A stretch of 64,000 bases of DNA from an uncultured virus (IMG/VR IMGVR_UViG_3300032086_001957) (Duplodnaviria > Heunggongvirae > Uroviricota > Caudoviricetes), in IMG/VR virus record IMGVR_UViG_3300032086_001957; one strand, 5' to 3'. Positions 1-8,863 of this stretch are shown here, in pieces. Under the pieces are notes generated by a model. The model did no database searches. It saw only the letters and a program-made list of their open reading frames with translations, and had not been told where the DNA came from. Position 1 is the stretch's first letter. Each line of letters begins with the position of its first letter. A program made the position numbers and the translations under genes.

Positions 1-91
1 TTTCATAATTTCTCCTTCACATTACACATATTATTTAACACGAAAATGTTACAAAAAAATAAAAAGTGATTTTATTGTAATGGGTTTGTAA

Positions 92-937
92 TTATTCGTA
101 AGTAGTGGTTGAAACACCATTGAGTTCTCTGGTAACTTTTACCATTTCACCCTTTTTCTTTTGAGGTAGTTCTTTCTTGATTTGAGCTTGTCGCTTTCTT
201 TTTCTTCGCAACTTCTCTTGTTGAAATGACATATTAGCCGCAATGAGTAGTACAACTGCAAGTGGATCAAATACAAATACTAAAATAATTATGACAACTC
301 TAACTGCATCTTCTAATAGTTCAGAGTTAGAGTTATCATAAATTAGTTCAGAAATATATTTTATCGGGCCGACTTCCGCCTCGAGCTTGACTGCTTCTTT
401 TTTGTAGGGGATGATTTCTTCTTTGTAGTTCGAGATTTTCTGACTGGCTTCTTTGATGGTTTCGTCAATTGCACTTCGTTCTCGTCTTTGAATCCTTCGA
501 GTATAAGCAGCATCTTCTGCTGACAGGTTTTCCACCAACCGTTCAAGGTTGTCAAGATTTTTTTGAGCATTTTCAATTCTCCTATTTTCTATTGTGATTA
601 ATGATTCGATTCTTTCGATTTCAATACTTGATGTATCACTTGTCAATGTTTGGTCTATATGTGCTTTAGATAAAAAACCAAAGATACCCATAGATGTAAT
701 AAACATCAATACTACTACTGCAAATGTTAGATATGTTTTGATAACAAAATTTATTCGTTTCCAATTTTGATATAACCATGATGCAGTAACTAACTTACCT
801 GCTTCTAACACTATGCCCATGATTGCAACTGGTAATACTGCACTTGAAAAAATTGCAACTAAACCTATAATAGAATAGTAAGCCGCAACTGCACTAATAC
901 TAATCGCAATAATTAATGTAATAAACGCAAAAAACAA
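92..937 (-). CDS. Membrane protein with central coiled coil (conserved hypothetical of large phages)
   Basis: Three N-terminal hydrophobic helices, coiled coil, C-terminal TM segment (FVFDPLAVVLLIAAN). Confidence 0.6.
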   Translation of the reverse strand: MFFAFITLIIAISISAVAAYYSIIGLVAIFSSAVLPVAIMGIVLEAGKLVTASWLYQNWKRINFVIKTYLTFAVVVLMFITSMGIFGFLSKAHIDQTLTSDTSSIEIERIESLITIENRRIENAQKNLDNLERLVENLSAEDAAYTRRIQRRERSAIDETIKEASQKISNYKEEIIPYKKEAVKLEAEVGPIKYISELIYDNSNSELLEDAVRVVIIILVFVFDPLAVVLLIAANMSFQQEKLRRKRKRQAQIKKELPQKKKGEMVKVTRELNGVSTTTYE

Positions 938-1297
938 TTATCTTCTCTTTCCTGTTTGTGGGTCTTTTGATTCAAAATCAGTCAAGACTTGAAACCCACC
1001 TTTATTATATGCTTGACCTATTATATATTTACTACTAACTTTGAGTTTTTCAGAATTATCTCTTTTAGAACAATCACCTTTAATAGTCATTGATAAACTA
1101 GGAATATATTCTGTTTCTCTAACATATCTTTTTGTTACTGTAAAAGTATCTAACACTCTAGGTTTGTATTTACCTTTACCGTGTCTTTCATCTATATATT
1201 CTTCTAAAGTAATCTTTGATAAATTTAATCTTTTGAGAAACTTATTATTTTCTCTCCAATCATCAATATAATGTTTTTTATTAATTCGTTTAATCAT
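938..1297 (-). CDS. Hypothetical protein (QAYNKGG motif)
   Basis: 119 aa ORF directly after a TTGACA-17-TAGTAT promoter. Confidence 0.6.
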   Translation of the reverse strand: MIKRINKKHYIDDWRENNKFLKRLNLSKITLEEYIDERHGKGKYKPRVLDTFTVTKRYVRETEYIPSLSMTIKGDCSKRDNSEKLKVSSKYIIGQAYNKGGFQVLTDFESKDPQTGKRR

Positions 1298-1306
1298 AAC
1301 ACAGAA

Positions 1307-1335
1307 ATACTATCATAAAAATTATTGTTTGTCAA
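1307..1335 (-). promoter_or_regulatory. Sigma70-type early promoter, probably giving a leaderless mRNA
   Basis: TTGACA (1335-1330), 17 nt, TAGTAT (1312-1307); ATG at 1297. Confidence 0.6.
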
Positions 1336-1336
1336 G

Positions 1337-1903
1337 TCAATGTTTGTAAAAAGTGTGATTACCAATAGTTCTAGTTTTATACAAATCCCATTTTGGGTTT
1401 ATATAAGTTGCATGATAAAATGTAGAACCATAAGTCAAATCTTCTTTCTTTAATGTTTGATAATTTGTATAGACTTTTACTGCAAGATTTTCTATATCAT
1501 CATAATGTTTTTTAGATTTAACTCTTGCACTTCTATGTAACCAACTTTCTCTCTTTTGACAATACCAAGAAAACTGACATACTTTTTTAGTTCTCTGAAG
1601 AACAACACCACATACTGTATTAGGAAAATCTTTTGATACAACTCTGTTTAAAGTAACCATTGCAACTGCAACTTTACCTTTTGTTGATTCACCACGAGCT
1701 TCAAAATAAATGTTACTTGCAAGACAATCAATATCTTTTTGATGTTCTGCATTTAAATCTTCGTAGTTGATGTTAAGATATTTTGTTTCTAACTTATCAA
1801 CTCTATCTGTTGATGTATGAATTTTTTCTTGTATATTGAAAATAACAAACAAATATAAACCTAACATGAAAACACATAATTTAAATAAAAATTTAGTCAT
1901 CAT
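1337..1903 (-). CDS. SleB/Hydrolase_2-family cell wall hydrolase
   Basis: CLASNIYFEARGE, VTLNRV, FPNTVCGVV, CQFSW, YHATY, IGNHTFY motifs; N-terminal TM anchor. Confidence 0.9.
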   Translation of the reverse strand: MMTKFLFKLCVFMLGLYLFVIFNIQEKIHTSTDRVDKLETKYLNINYEDLNAEHQKDIDCLASNIYFEARGESTKGKVAVAMVTLNRVVSKDFPNTVCGVVLQRTKKVCQFSWYCQKRESWLHRSARVKSKKHYDDIENLAVKVYTNYQTLKKEDLTYGSTFYHATYINPKWDLYKTRTIGNHTFYKH

Positions 1904-2087
1904 TTTTCTCCGTAGTGAAAGGAATTAACATTGATAGAAACAATAATAATAAACCTGATAGACCTTGAATAATTACTATCATGTAATCAGGATTTTCTTC
2001 AACTTCAACAGTTCCAACTGCACCAAAACATAAAAGAACACCAAAGAAGCCGATGATAATTTGAATTGTTGGTAAGTATTTTTTCAT
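1893..2087 (-). CDS. Small two-TM membrane protein
   Basis: 64 aa, two hydrophobic segments, overlaps both neighbours. Confidence 0.6.
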   Translation of the reverse strand: MKKYLPTIQIIIGFFGVLLCFGAVGTVEVEENPDYMIVIIQGLSGLLLLFLSMLIPFTTEKNDD

Positions 2088-2350
2088 TATACTCTTTCCT
2101 CTAAATTTTCAACTTTTGGGAAAAGTCTTTGCATTTCCATTAAAACTCTTTCTCTGTCTAAACTATCACCACCACCCCAAGAGTAATCCTCATTTGTGTT
2201 TTTGAAATAAGTATTAATACCTTTAAGGATTTGACCTTTAGTGTAGTTCAACTCATAAAGACCACCTTTACCGTAGAATGATTTGCAATACTCAAAAAAT
2301 TCTGTTCCTGTCATTTCGTTCATTTTGTTTTCCTTTGTTTTGTTATTCAT
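2087..2350 (-). CDS. Hypothetical protein, paralog of 23719..23946
   Basis: FFEYCKSFYGKGG...GDSLDRERV; alternative SD-led start at 2323. Confidence 0.65.
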   Translation of the reverse strand: MNNKTKENKMNEMTGTEFFEYCKSFYGKGGLYELNYTKGQILKGINTYFKNTNEDYSWGGGDSLDRERVLMEMQRLFPKVENLEERV

Positions 2351-2357
2351 TAAGTAT

Positions 2358-2427
2358 ATGTTATCAAAACAAACGCACTATGTCAACACATATGTCAAAA
2401 AAAGTTTCTTTTAAAATCAATGACTTA
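2358..2427 (-). promoter_or_regulatory. Sigma70 promoter with conserved upstream TAAGTCATTGATTTTAA box
   Basis: Box 2427-2411, T-tract, TTGACA 2386-2381, 17 nt, TAACAT 2363-2358. Confidence 0.7.
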
Positions 2428-2440
2428 CGATATTTAGACG

Positions 2441-2469
2441 AAAAAAAAGCCCTTGTAAATCAAGGGCTT
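2441..2469 (-). terminator. Intrinsic terminator
   Basis: AAGCCCTTG/CAAGGGCTT stem followed by U-run on the minus strand. Confidence 0.75.
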
Positions 2470-2492
2470 ATAATCACTATGTTTACTGAATT

Positions 2493-2642
2493 TTAAACTG
2501 ATTTCTGTATCATCTCCTTAACTTTTTTATTGAAAATAAATTCTGCAACTTTTACATCATCATTTATATCGACCTTATCTCTCCTTACTTTTTGTTTCTG
2601 AAATGTCATTTTTTGTATTCTATTTTTGAGTTTTTGGGTCAT
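2493..2642 (-). CDS. Small basic hypothetical protein (49 aa, not in ORF track)
   Basis: MTQKLKNRIQKMTFQKQKVRR...KSV*, preceded by AAAGGAAA. Confidence 0.5.
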   Translation of the reverse strand: MTQKLKNRIQKMTFQKQKVRRDKVDINDDVKVAEFIFNKKVKEMIQKSV

Positions 2643-2698
2643 TGATTTTCCTTTCGTTTTTAAAGTTTTTAAAGTTCTTATACAGTATCTCCTTTCTA

Positions 2699-4096
2699 TT
2701 ATATTTCTTGATTTATTTGTTTTCCTTGATCTGAATATGCAACACCATTTGATGGTAGCTCAGATGCAAGTGAATCTTTTCTACATTCTATGTATTGAGT
2801 GTATCTATGCACACCATCACCTCTTACAAAATTATGTCTTAATAGTGTTGCAAGATATCTTCCAGTCATATATTGATTAGTATTTGAATGTTTTGCACTT
2901 AATTCTAGATGAATTAAATCTCCTACCTGCGTTGTAGGGTTTCCTGGCACGGTAATTTTTGCACCAAATGATGTTTTGAGAACAGACATTCTAGATTTTC
3001 TTCGTTGCAACCATTGATCTGTACCATTATAATTATATATAAAAGTTCCATCTTCTTCAACATGATTTGCATTAAAAAGACCATCAACAACATTTCTATC
3101 AATAGTCTGCATATGAAATACTGAATCATAATTATCTGAAACTCTTAAACCAGAATCATCTGTTGCTTGTGATAGTGCAGGTTTGTTATCAGAATATTGG
3201 TTTTTTGAATCTGTATGTAAGTTGTTATCAAAATCATCTAGGTAATTATAATCATATGTTTTACTTACTTTGTTATGTAAATCTAATAATAAAAGTTTTG
3301 AAGAATACATACCGTTTCTTGTTGATGTTAATATATCAGGTGCAGAGAAAAATTCGTACGATAATAAGTTAAACATATTTTCTAGTGCATTGTTATGTTT
3401 TAAATTTGGTATCATTTCTGCATAACTCATTATCGGATTATCTTCATTGAACATACTATCTAATGTTCTAAAATGAAAGCCTTTTGTGGTTTCATAAAAT
3501 AAAAATGTTGGTGAGTAATTATACTTTGATGATAAACATCTTTGGGATAATTTATTAATGAAATCAAATGGTCTTTGATTCATTGCAATCATTTTGAAAT
3601 TGTTTGAAGTTTTTTCGTAGTAGAATTCTTTTTTAGAATTTAATTCATTTCGTAATATATTTTGAACCATATCAACTGATGGTTCACCTTCATATTTTTG
3701 ACTTATTCTAACTCTATTGTTGGTTAGTAGTTCTGGTGTAGTAAATGATAATACAACTACTTTTGTATTATCATTGAAATCTGTTACTATATTTACTTTT
3801 GTTATACTTAATGTTGTTTCTGTATAATCAATTGATACATCTCTGTCTTTTGAATTTTGACTTGGAACAGTTAATCTTAAGGCTAATTTTTCTTGACCTA
3901 CGATTGGTAAATTAGCTACTAAATCATTTGTATCAATAAATGATATATCACCAGTAATACTATTATTGAATATACTTTCATAGATATTTACACTCGCAAA
4001 TTGATCTTTTAGACTTATACTTGTTCCTGATAGAGTTAATATTGTGCAAGTTTCTATAATAAACTCACCAGCATAATTTAAACTTTTTTCTGACAT
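2699..4096 (-). CDS. Baseplate hub protein (gp27-like)
   Basis: Size, synteny downstream of gp53/gp48; NIYESIF...G.I...DTND, FYET..GFHF and GRYL...RH features of phage hub proteins. Confidence 0.6.
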   Translation of the reverse strand: MSEKSLNYAGEFIIETCTILTLSGTSISLKDQFASVNIYESIFNNSITGDISFIDTNDLVANLPIVGQEKLALRLTVPSQNSKDRDVSIDYTETTLSITKVNIVTDFNDNTKVVVLSFTTPELLTNNRVRISQKYEGEPSVDMVQNILRNELNSKKEFYYEKTSNNFKMIAMNQRPFDFINKLSQRCLSSKYNYSPTFLFYETTKGFHFRTLDSMFNEDNPIMSYAEMIPNLKHNNALENMFNLLSYEFFSAPDILTSTRNGMYSSKLLLLDLHNKVSKTYDYNYLDDFDNNLHTDSKNQYSDNKPALSQATDDSGLRVSDNYDSVFHMQTIDRNVVDGLFNANHVEEDGTFIYNYNGTDQWLQRRKSRMSVLKTSFGAKITVPGNPTTQVGDLIHLELSAKHSNTNQYMTGRYLATLLRHNFVRGDGVHRYTQYIECRKDSLASELPSNGVAYSDQGKQINQEI

Positions 4097-4620
4097 TATG
4101 TTGTAATTATTCTTTCAAATTCTTGTTCTATTTGTGATATGAATTGAGAACGAATTAATCGTATCTTTCTTTTTATATCTTGTACTGATTCTTCATATTG
4201 ATAATTAGAAACTGCAACTGCATCAACTGGTATTGTTGTTGCACTTTCATTTGGTAATTCAATCTTTACTGTTGTATCACCAGATGTTTGAAATATTTCA
4301 TAATGATGTATTGCGGCTGGATTATCATACTTTTCTTTTACAAAATTTTCAAACTGTTGTACTGACATAGGCCATTGTGTATATACATCTATAATGTTAT
4401 TTGCAACTAGTATAACCCAATGTAAGTTTGGGTCACCATATACCTCATTTGCAATCATCTCTGGTGTTTGACCAGACTTAACATCATAGTAATCAAAACT
4501 GACACTATCTAAAATTTTAGAATTAAAAAATCTAACTCTACGAGTAATGTCTGTCATTGTATAATTGACACCATCACCTTTTACTTCGTAATCTATTTTT
4601 GGAAATTTTTCAAAGTACAT
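4096..4620 (-). CDS. gp53: Baseplate wedge subunit gp53
   Basis: MYFEKFPKIDY, TPEMIA..VYGDP.LHWVIL..N, WP, IHHYE. Confidence 0.9.
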   Translation of the reverse strand: MYFEKFPKIDYEVKGDGVNYTMTDITRRVRFFNSKILDSVSFDYYDVKSGQTPEMIANEVYGDPNLHWVILVANNIIDVYTQWPMSVQQFENFVKEKYDNPAAIHHYEIFQTSGDTTVKIELPNESATTIPVDAVAVSNYQYEESVQDIKRKIRLIRSQFISQIEQEFERIITT

Positions 4621-4622
4621 TT

Positions 4623-5588
4623 TTAAAATCCATCCATAACTTTATCTTTAGTAATAATTTCAAGTTCTTTAAATTGTAAATCTAGTTGTGTTTCTGCTGG
4701 ATAACCATCTTTAAAAAACTGTGGTCTTTCACCACCATATTTTACATTTACTGATTCTAAAACACAAGTTGATATGTGGTGTATTTTATCTCTGACATTA
4801 AGACTATATTGTATATCAAATGTTGATGGTGCGATAAGAGTTCTTCCTGCAAGACCTGTTGGACTGACTTCTGGTAATGACTGCATACGAAAAACATCTA
4901 CAATATTTTTTACTGTTTCTGCTTCTTTACTTGAACGAGGTATCATTCTAAATGAATATGAAAATGATCTTCTATCAATACCTTCAAATTTCATTTCAGT
5001 TCTATTGTTTGTAGTTTCACCTTTTGCAATTGCAAATGCGGCTTTAGCACCAGTTGCACCTGCACCTTCAACTGCATTTACTACAACTTGTTGAACCTCA
5101 CCTTTTCCTTTACCAATAGCATTTGCAGCTCCTTCTGTTATACCTTTCAGAGTAAATGACATATTTGCAAGTCCTTTTTTACCTGCAAGGAAACTTGCAA
5201 CACCTAAACCTATTTCTGCTTCACCATAGTTTGTTTTATGTGCAACATTTACTTGTGCAGGTAAAAATAATGTTATTGAACCAAGAGTTCTTGTAGTGGG
5301 AGCTGTAGGAACAAAAACATTAGTTGGTTCTCTTTCTTTTTTATATGACTTATCTGGAGTCCATCTTATTACTCCATTATCCTGTTGATTAACAAAAAAC
5401 TGAATATAATGTTCAGTTCTTTTCATTGTTGCAACATCTTGTGGATAAACCAATCCAGCCGCAAATGCGTCAGATAAACCTGTGTTTTCTACTTGATTCT
5501 CTGGTTGTGAATTAGAGAGTGTGGAGTTTCCATTATTATTCTCTACTGGAAATGTAGCTCCACCATAGTCTGGCACATATTTTGACAT
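4623..5588 (-). CDS. gp48: Baseplate tail-tube cap gp48
   Basis: FEGIDRRSFSYSFRMIPRS.KEA, CVLESVNV.Y, L.FKELEIITK. Confidence 0.85.
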   Translation of the reverse strand: MSKYVPDYGGATFPVENNNGNSTLSNSQPENQVENTGLSDAFAAGLVYPQDVATMKRTEHYIQFFVNQQDNGVIRWTPDKSYKKEREPTNVFVPTAPTTRTLGSITLFLPAQVNVAHKTNYGEAEIGLGVASFLAGKKGLANMSFTLKGITEGAANAIGKGKGEVQQVVVNAVEGAGATGAKAAFAIAKGETTNNRTEMKFEGIDRRSFSYSFRMIPRSSKEAETVKNIVDVFRMQSLPEVSPTGLAGRTLIAPSTFDIQYSLNVRDKIHHISTCVLESVNVKYGGERPQFFKDGYPAETQLDLQFKELEIITKDKVMDGF

Positions 5589-5626
5589 ATAAATATCCTT
5601 AAATGAAGTGTTTTAAAGTATTTATA
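5588..5626. promoter_or_regulatory. Pair of gp55 late promoters on opposite strands
   Basis: TATAAATA on + at 5588-5595 (towards gp4) and on - at 5626-5619 (towards gp48). Confidence 0.75.
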
Positions 5627-5632
5627 TAGATT

Positions 5633-6067
5633 ATGCCGTATAGTGGAAAATATAGACCAACAAACTCAAAAAAATATCGTGGTAATGTAGACAAAATATA
5701 CTATCGTTCCCTGTGGGAAAGAAAGTTTATGGTCTATTGTGATAGGAATGAGAAAATTATCGAATGGGGTAGTGAGGAAGTAATAATTCCTTATCGTTCT
5801 CCAATTGATGGTAAACTGCACAGATATTTCCCTGATTTCTACATCAAATTCAAACAAAAGAATGGTTCAATTAAAAAGATGATAATTGAAATCAAACCTT
5901 ATATTCAATGTCAACCACCCCAAATCCCAAAGAAAAAAACACCAAAGTTTTTAAATGAGGTGCGAACATGGGGTATCAATAAAGCAAAATGGAAAGCTGC
6001 AAGTGAGTTCTGTTTAGATAGACAAATGGAATTTAAAATCTTAACTGAACATGAATTGGGAGTATAA
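5633..6067 (+). CDS. gp4: Head completion nuclease gp4
   Basis: YSGKY.P.N..KY.G, YRSLWE, WGSEE, YFPDF, IEIKP, N.AKW. Confidence 0.92.
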   Translation: MPYSGKYRPTNSKKYRGNVDKIYYRSLWERKFMVYCDRNEKIIEWGSEEVIIPYRSPIDGKLHRYFPDFYIKFKQKNGSIKKMIIEIKPYIQCQPPQIPKKKTPKFLNEVRTWGINKAKWKAASEFCLDRQMEFKILTEHELGV

Positions 6068-6070
6068 ATA
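6063..6070 (+). promoter_or_regulatory. gp55 late promoter
   Basis: TATAAATA just before the gp2 ATG. Confidence 0.7.
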
Positions 6071-6075
6071 CTTAT

Positions 6076-6645
6076 ATGGCAGAATCAATATTTGACAATA
6101 TATTAAAAAAATCTGGTGGAAAAGAGCGTTCTATTCAATGGTTTAGAAATCAGGTTAAAGAGTTTGGAACACCTACTATTAGAAAATTAGTAAGTGATGG
6201 TAGAGTTCGTGCAAGACCAAACTTTGGACTTATGAATTTCTTTGTGTACAGTCCTAAACATGAGGAAAAATTACCATACTATGACAGATTCCCTTTAGTT
6301 TTACCAATCGAAGCTTACAACAATGGTTTTTTAGGTTTGAATTTTCATTACTTATCAATACCATTGAGAGTTCGATTGTTAAATGTAATTTCTGAATATT
6401 CTAATAATACACTTATGAATGAGGATACTAGAATAAGATTGACATGGAATAGAATTAAGAGAAACCCTTTAGTTCAACCTACTGTAAAAAGATATTTAAT
6501 TGACCATGTTCAAACACCTTTTAGAGTTATTAATGCAGAAGAAATGATGGTTGCAGTTTTATTACCAGTTCAAAGATTTATAAAAGCAACTCCTGAAAAA
6601 GTATATTCAGATTCAAGAAAAAGAATTAATAGAGGATTTTACTAA
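6076..6645 (+). CDS. gp2: DNA end protector gp2
   Basis: LPYYDRFPLV, GFLGLNFHYL, VKRYL..HV. Confidence 0.92.
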   Translation: MAESIFDNILKKSGGKERSIQWFRNQVKEFGTPTIRKLVSDGRVRARPNFGLMNFFVYSPKHEEKLPYYDRFPLVLPIEAYNNGFLGLNFHYLSIPLRVRLLNVISEYSNNTLMNEDTRIRLTWNRIKRNPLVQPTVKRYLIDHVQTPFRVINAEEMMVAVLLPVQRFIKATPEKVYSDSRKRINRGFY

Positions 6646-7616
6646 TGGCGTTAATACCACCAATATCACCTATCAATAAAAAAATAAATGATGTAAAAAA
6701 TAAAGCTAAAAGAGCGATTGAAGATATTGTAGGAAATAGAATACCCAAAGATAAGTTACCACAATTAGAAAATATTATCAAACCTGATAATAGAATACCA
6801 TTAGTTAATGGTCAAGATACTGCAAATAAAAGAGCATCTAATTTTGATTTAAATCAATTTCAAAATAGGTCTAATTCATTTGCAAGACCAAATAGATTTG
6901 AAGCAATTATAATTGCACCTTCAACATTACAAACTGATGCAGTTCAAGCTGAACCTTTAAATCAAATACAAACTCAAAGAGCCGCATCAACTTTAGATGC
7001 ATCTAGATTTGTGTCATTAAGACTTGCACAGGTTCAAATGCCTGGAAGAAATATAAGAACAGTTACCAATGATAATATATACGGCCCAACACATGAGGTT
7101 GCACAGGGTTTAACATTTGCAGAAGAAATTACTTGTGTATTTTATTTAAGTAATGACCATGCAGAAAAACAATTCTTTACTGATTGGCAAGATACAATAG
7201 TAGATCAAAAAACATACAATCTAAATTACTATAATGAATATGTTACAACTATGTTAGTTCATCAGTTAGATAGAAATGATGTAATTACATCAACAATAGA
7301 AATAAGAGATATATTTCCTAAAACAATAAATGTTTTAGACTATGGTCAAGCAACAAACAATGACATATTAAGATTAACAGTAGGTTTTGCATTTAGAGAA
7401 TGGGCACCATACTTAAAAGATGTTGGTAGACCATATGATCAGTATAGAGAAGAAATTACTACTGGGTTTAATCCTGCAATACAAAGAGGTAGAGTTGCAT
7501 TACCAGCTGGAATTGCAAGAGATAGTCAAAGAATTATTTCACTCAAAAAGTTTTTTGGTGGAATACTTAAAAACAAAAAAGTTAGAAACATATTTGGTAA
7601 ATTAGGAAAATTTTAA
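6645..7616 (+). CDS. gp54: Baseplate tail-tube initiator (gp54/gp19 fold)
   Basis: FARPNRF, MPGR, FF.DWQ, YY.EY, FPK, L.V.FAFREW; synteny. Confidence 0.7.
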   Translation: MALIPPISPINKKINDVKNKAKRAIEDIVGNRIPKDKLPQLENIIKPDNRIPLVNGQDTANKRASNFDLNQFQNRSNSFARPNRFEAIIIAPSTLQTDAVQAEPLNQIQTQRAASTLDASRFVSLRLAQVQMPGRNIRTVTNDNIYGPTHEVAQGLTFAEEITCVFYLSNDHAEKQFFTDWQDTIVDQKTYNLNYYNEYVTTMLVHQLDRNDVITSTIEIRDIFPKTINVLDYGQATNNDILRLTVGFAFREWAPYLKDVGRPYDQYREEITTGFNPAIQRGRVALPAGIARDSQRIISLKKFFGGILKNKKVRNIFGKLGKF

Positions 7617-7641
7617 ATTATAATGTAATAGGAGAAATATT

Positions 7642-8340
7642 ATGGCATTACCTTCGTTAACGACATCAAAACATGAATTGATACTTCCTTCAACAGGTGA
7701 AAAAGTTCAGTACAGACCATTTCTAGTGAAAGAAGAAAAAATGTTGTTGATTGCACAAAATTCAGAAAATCAAAGTGAGATTGCACTTGCACTACAAACA
7801 ATTGTAGATGATTGTACATTCAACAAATTAAATGTAAAAGAATTACCAACATTCGATATAGAATATATTTTCTTAAAATTAAGAAGTAAATCAGTTGGTG
7901 CATTGTCTGAAATCCAAGTTACTTGTCCAGATGATAACCAAACAAAAGTTACAGTTGAAATAGATTTAAATAATATTGATTGTGTAACAACAGAAGGTCA
8001 TAATCCTGATATCAAGTTAACTGATGATATTGGTATGATTATGGGTTATCCTAAATTAAACGAAATGTCTAATTTAGATTTAAGCAATCAAGAAGTTGTT
8101 TTTGATTTGATTGCAAGTTGTATAAAACAAATTTATGATAAAGACAATGTTTATGAAAAAACTGATATGAATAAAAAAGAATTAAGTGAATTTATTGATT
8201 CTATGACACATGGTCAATTAGTTGAAGTTCAAAAGTTTTTTGAAACAATGCCTAAAGTTAAACATACTATAAATGTAATGAATCCAAATACAAATGTAGA
8301 AAGTGAAATAGTTATTGAAGGAATGAATAGTTTTTTTTAA
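7642..8340 (+). CDS. gp26: Baseplate hub assembly protein gp26
   Basis: MALP...LPSTG..V.YRPFLVKEEK, FDIEYIFLKLRSKSVG, FFETMPK, ends SFF. Confidence 0.9.
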   Translation: MALPSLTTSKHELILPSTGEKVQYRPFLVKEEKMLLIAQNSENQSEIALALQTIVDDCTFNKLNVKELPTFDIEYIFLKLRSKSVGALSEIQVTCPDDNQTKVTVEIDLNNIDCVTTEGHNPDIKLTDDIGMIMGYPKLNEMSNLDLSNQEVVFDLIASCIKQIYDKDNVYEKTDMNKKELSEFIDSMTHGQLVEVQKFFETMPKVKHTINVMNPNTNVESEIVIEGMNSFF

Positions 8341-8525
8341 TAGCCCTTTCTCATAATAGTTTAGAAAATTATTATAGATTGACATTTGCAATGATGCAAC
8401 ATCACAAATATAGTTTAACTGAAATTGAAAATATGATGCCTTGGGAAAGGGAGATATACACAGGATTATTAGTTCAACATCTTGAAGATGAGGAAATGAA
8501 AAATCGACATAATAACAATAAATAA
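8331..8525 (+). CDS. gp51: gp51-like hub assembly catalyst in the -1 frame, probably reached by frameshift from gp26
   Basis: FFLIALSHNSLENYYRLTFAMMQHHKYSLTEIENMMPWEREIY...K*; frame opens exactly at the T8 run. Confidence 0.75.
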   Translation, partial: FFLIALSHNSLENYYRLTFAMMQHHKYSLTEIENMMPWEREIYTGLLVQHLEDEEMKNRHNNNK

Positions 8526-8539
8526 AAGAGAGTAAAACT

Positions 8540-8860
8540 ATGGCACAAAAGAAATTAGAAAAAGAATCGCATTATGCAAAATATGATTTAGATGGAGATG
8601 GTGTTGTGAGTGATAAAGAATTGGAAATGGATAGAAAATTAGTTGAATTAGATAATGAGGATAAAAGACAAGATTCTCAAAGACAGATGGCATGGTTTGC
8701 CTTATGTGGAATGTTGTTTTATCCTATTGTAACATTAATTGCAGATGCAATTGGACTCAAAGCAGATATACTTGCAAGTATGGCAGACTTATACTTTATT
8801 GCAAGTGCAGGTATTGTTGCAGCTTTCTATGGTAAGGAAGCATATCTTAAAAGGAAATAA
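8540..8860 (+). CDS. EF-hand-like motif, two-TM membrane protein
   Basis: DLDGDGVVSDKE followed by two hydrophobic helices. Confidence 0.6.
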   Translation: MAQKKLEKESHYAKYDLDGDGVVSDKELEMDRKLVELDNEDKRQDSQRQMAWFALCGMLFYPIVTLIADAIGLKADILASMADLYFIASAGIVAAFYGKEAYLKRK

Positions 8861-8863
8861 TAA

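Noticed and set aside
5633..6067. TnsA-like nuclease as a transposon marker
   Set aside because: Sequence and position (divergent from gp48, before gp2) identify it as head-completion gp4
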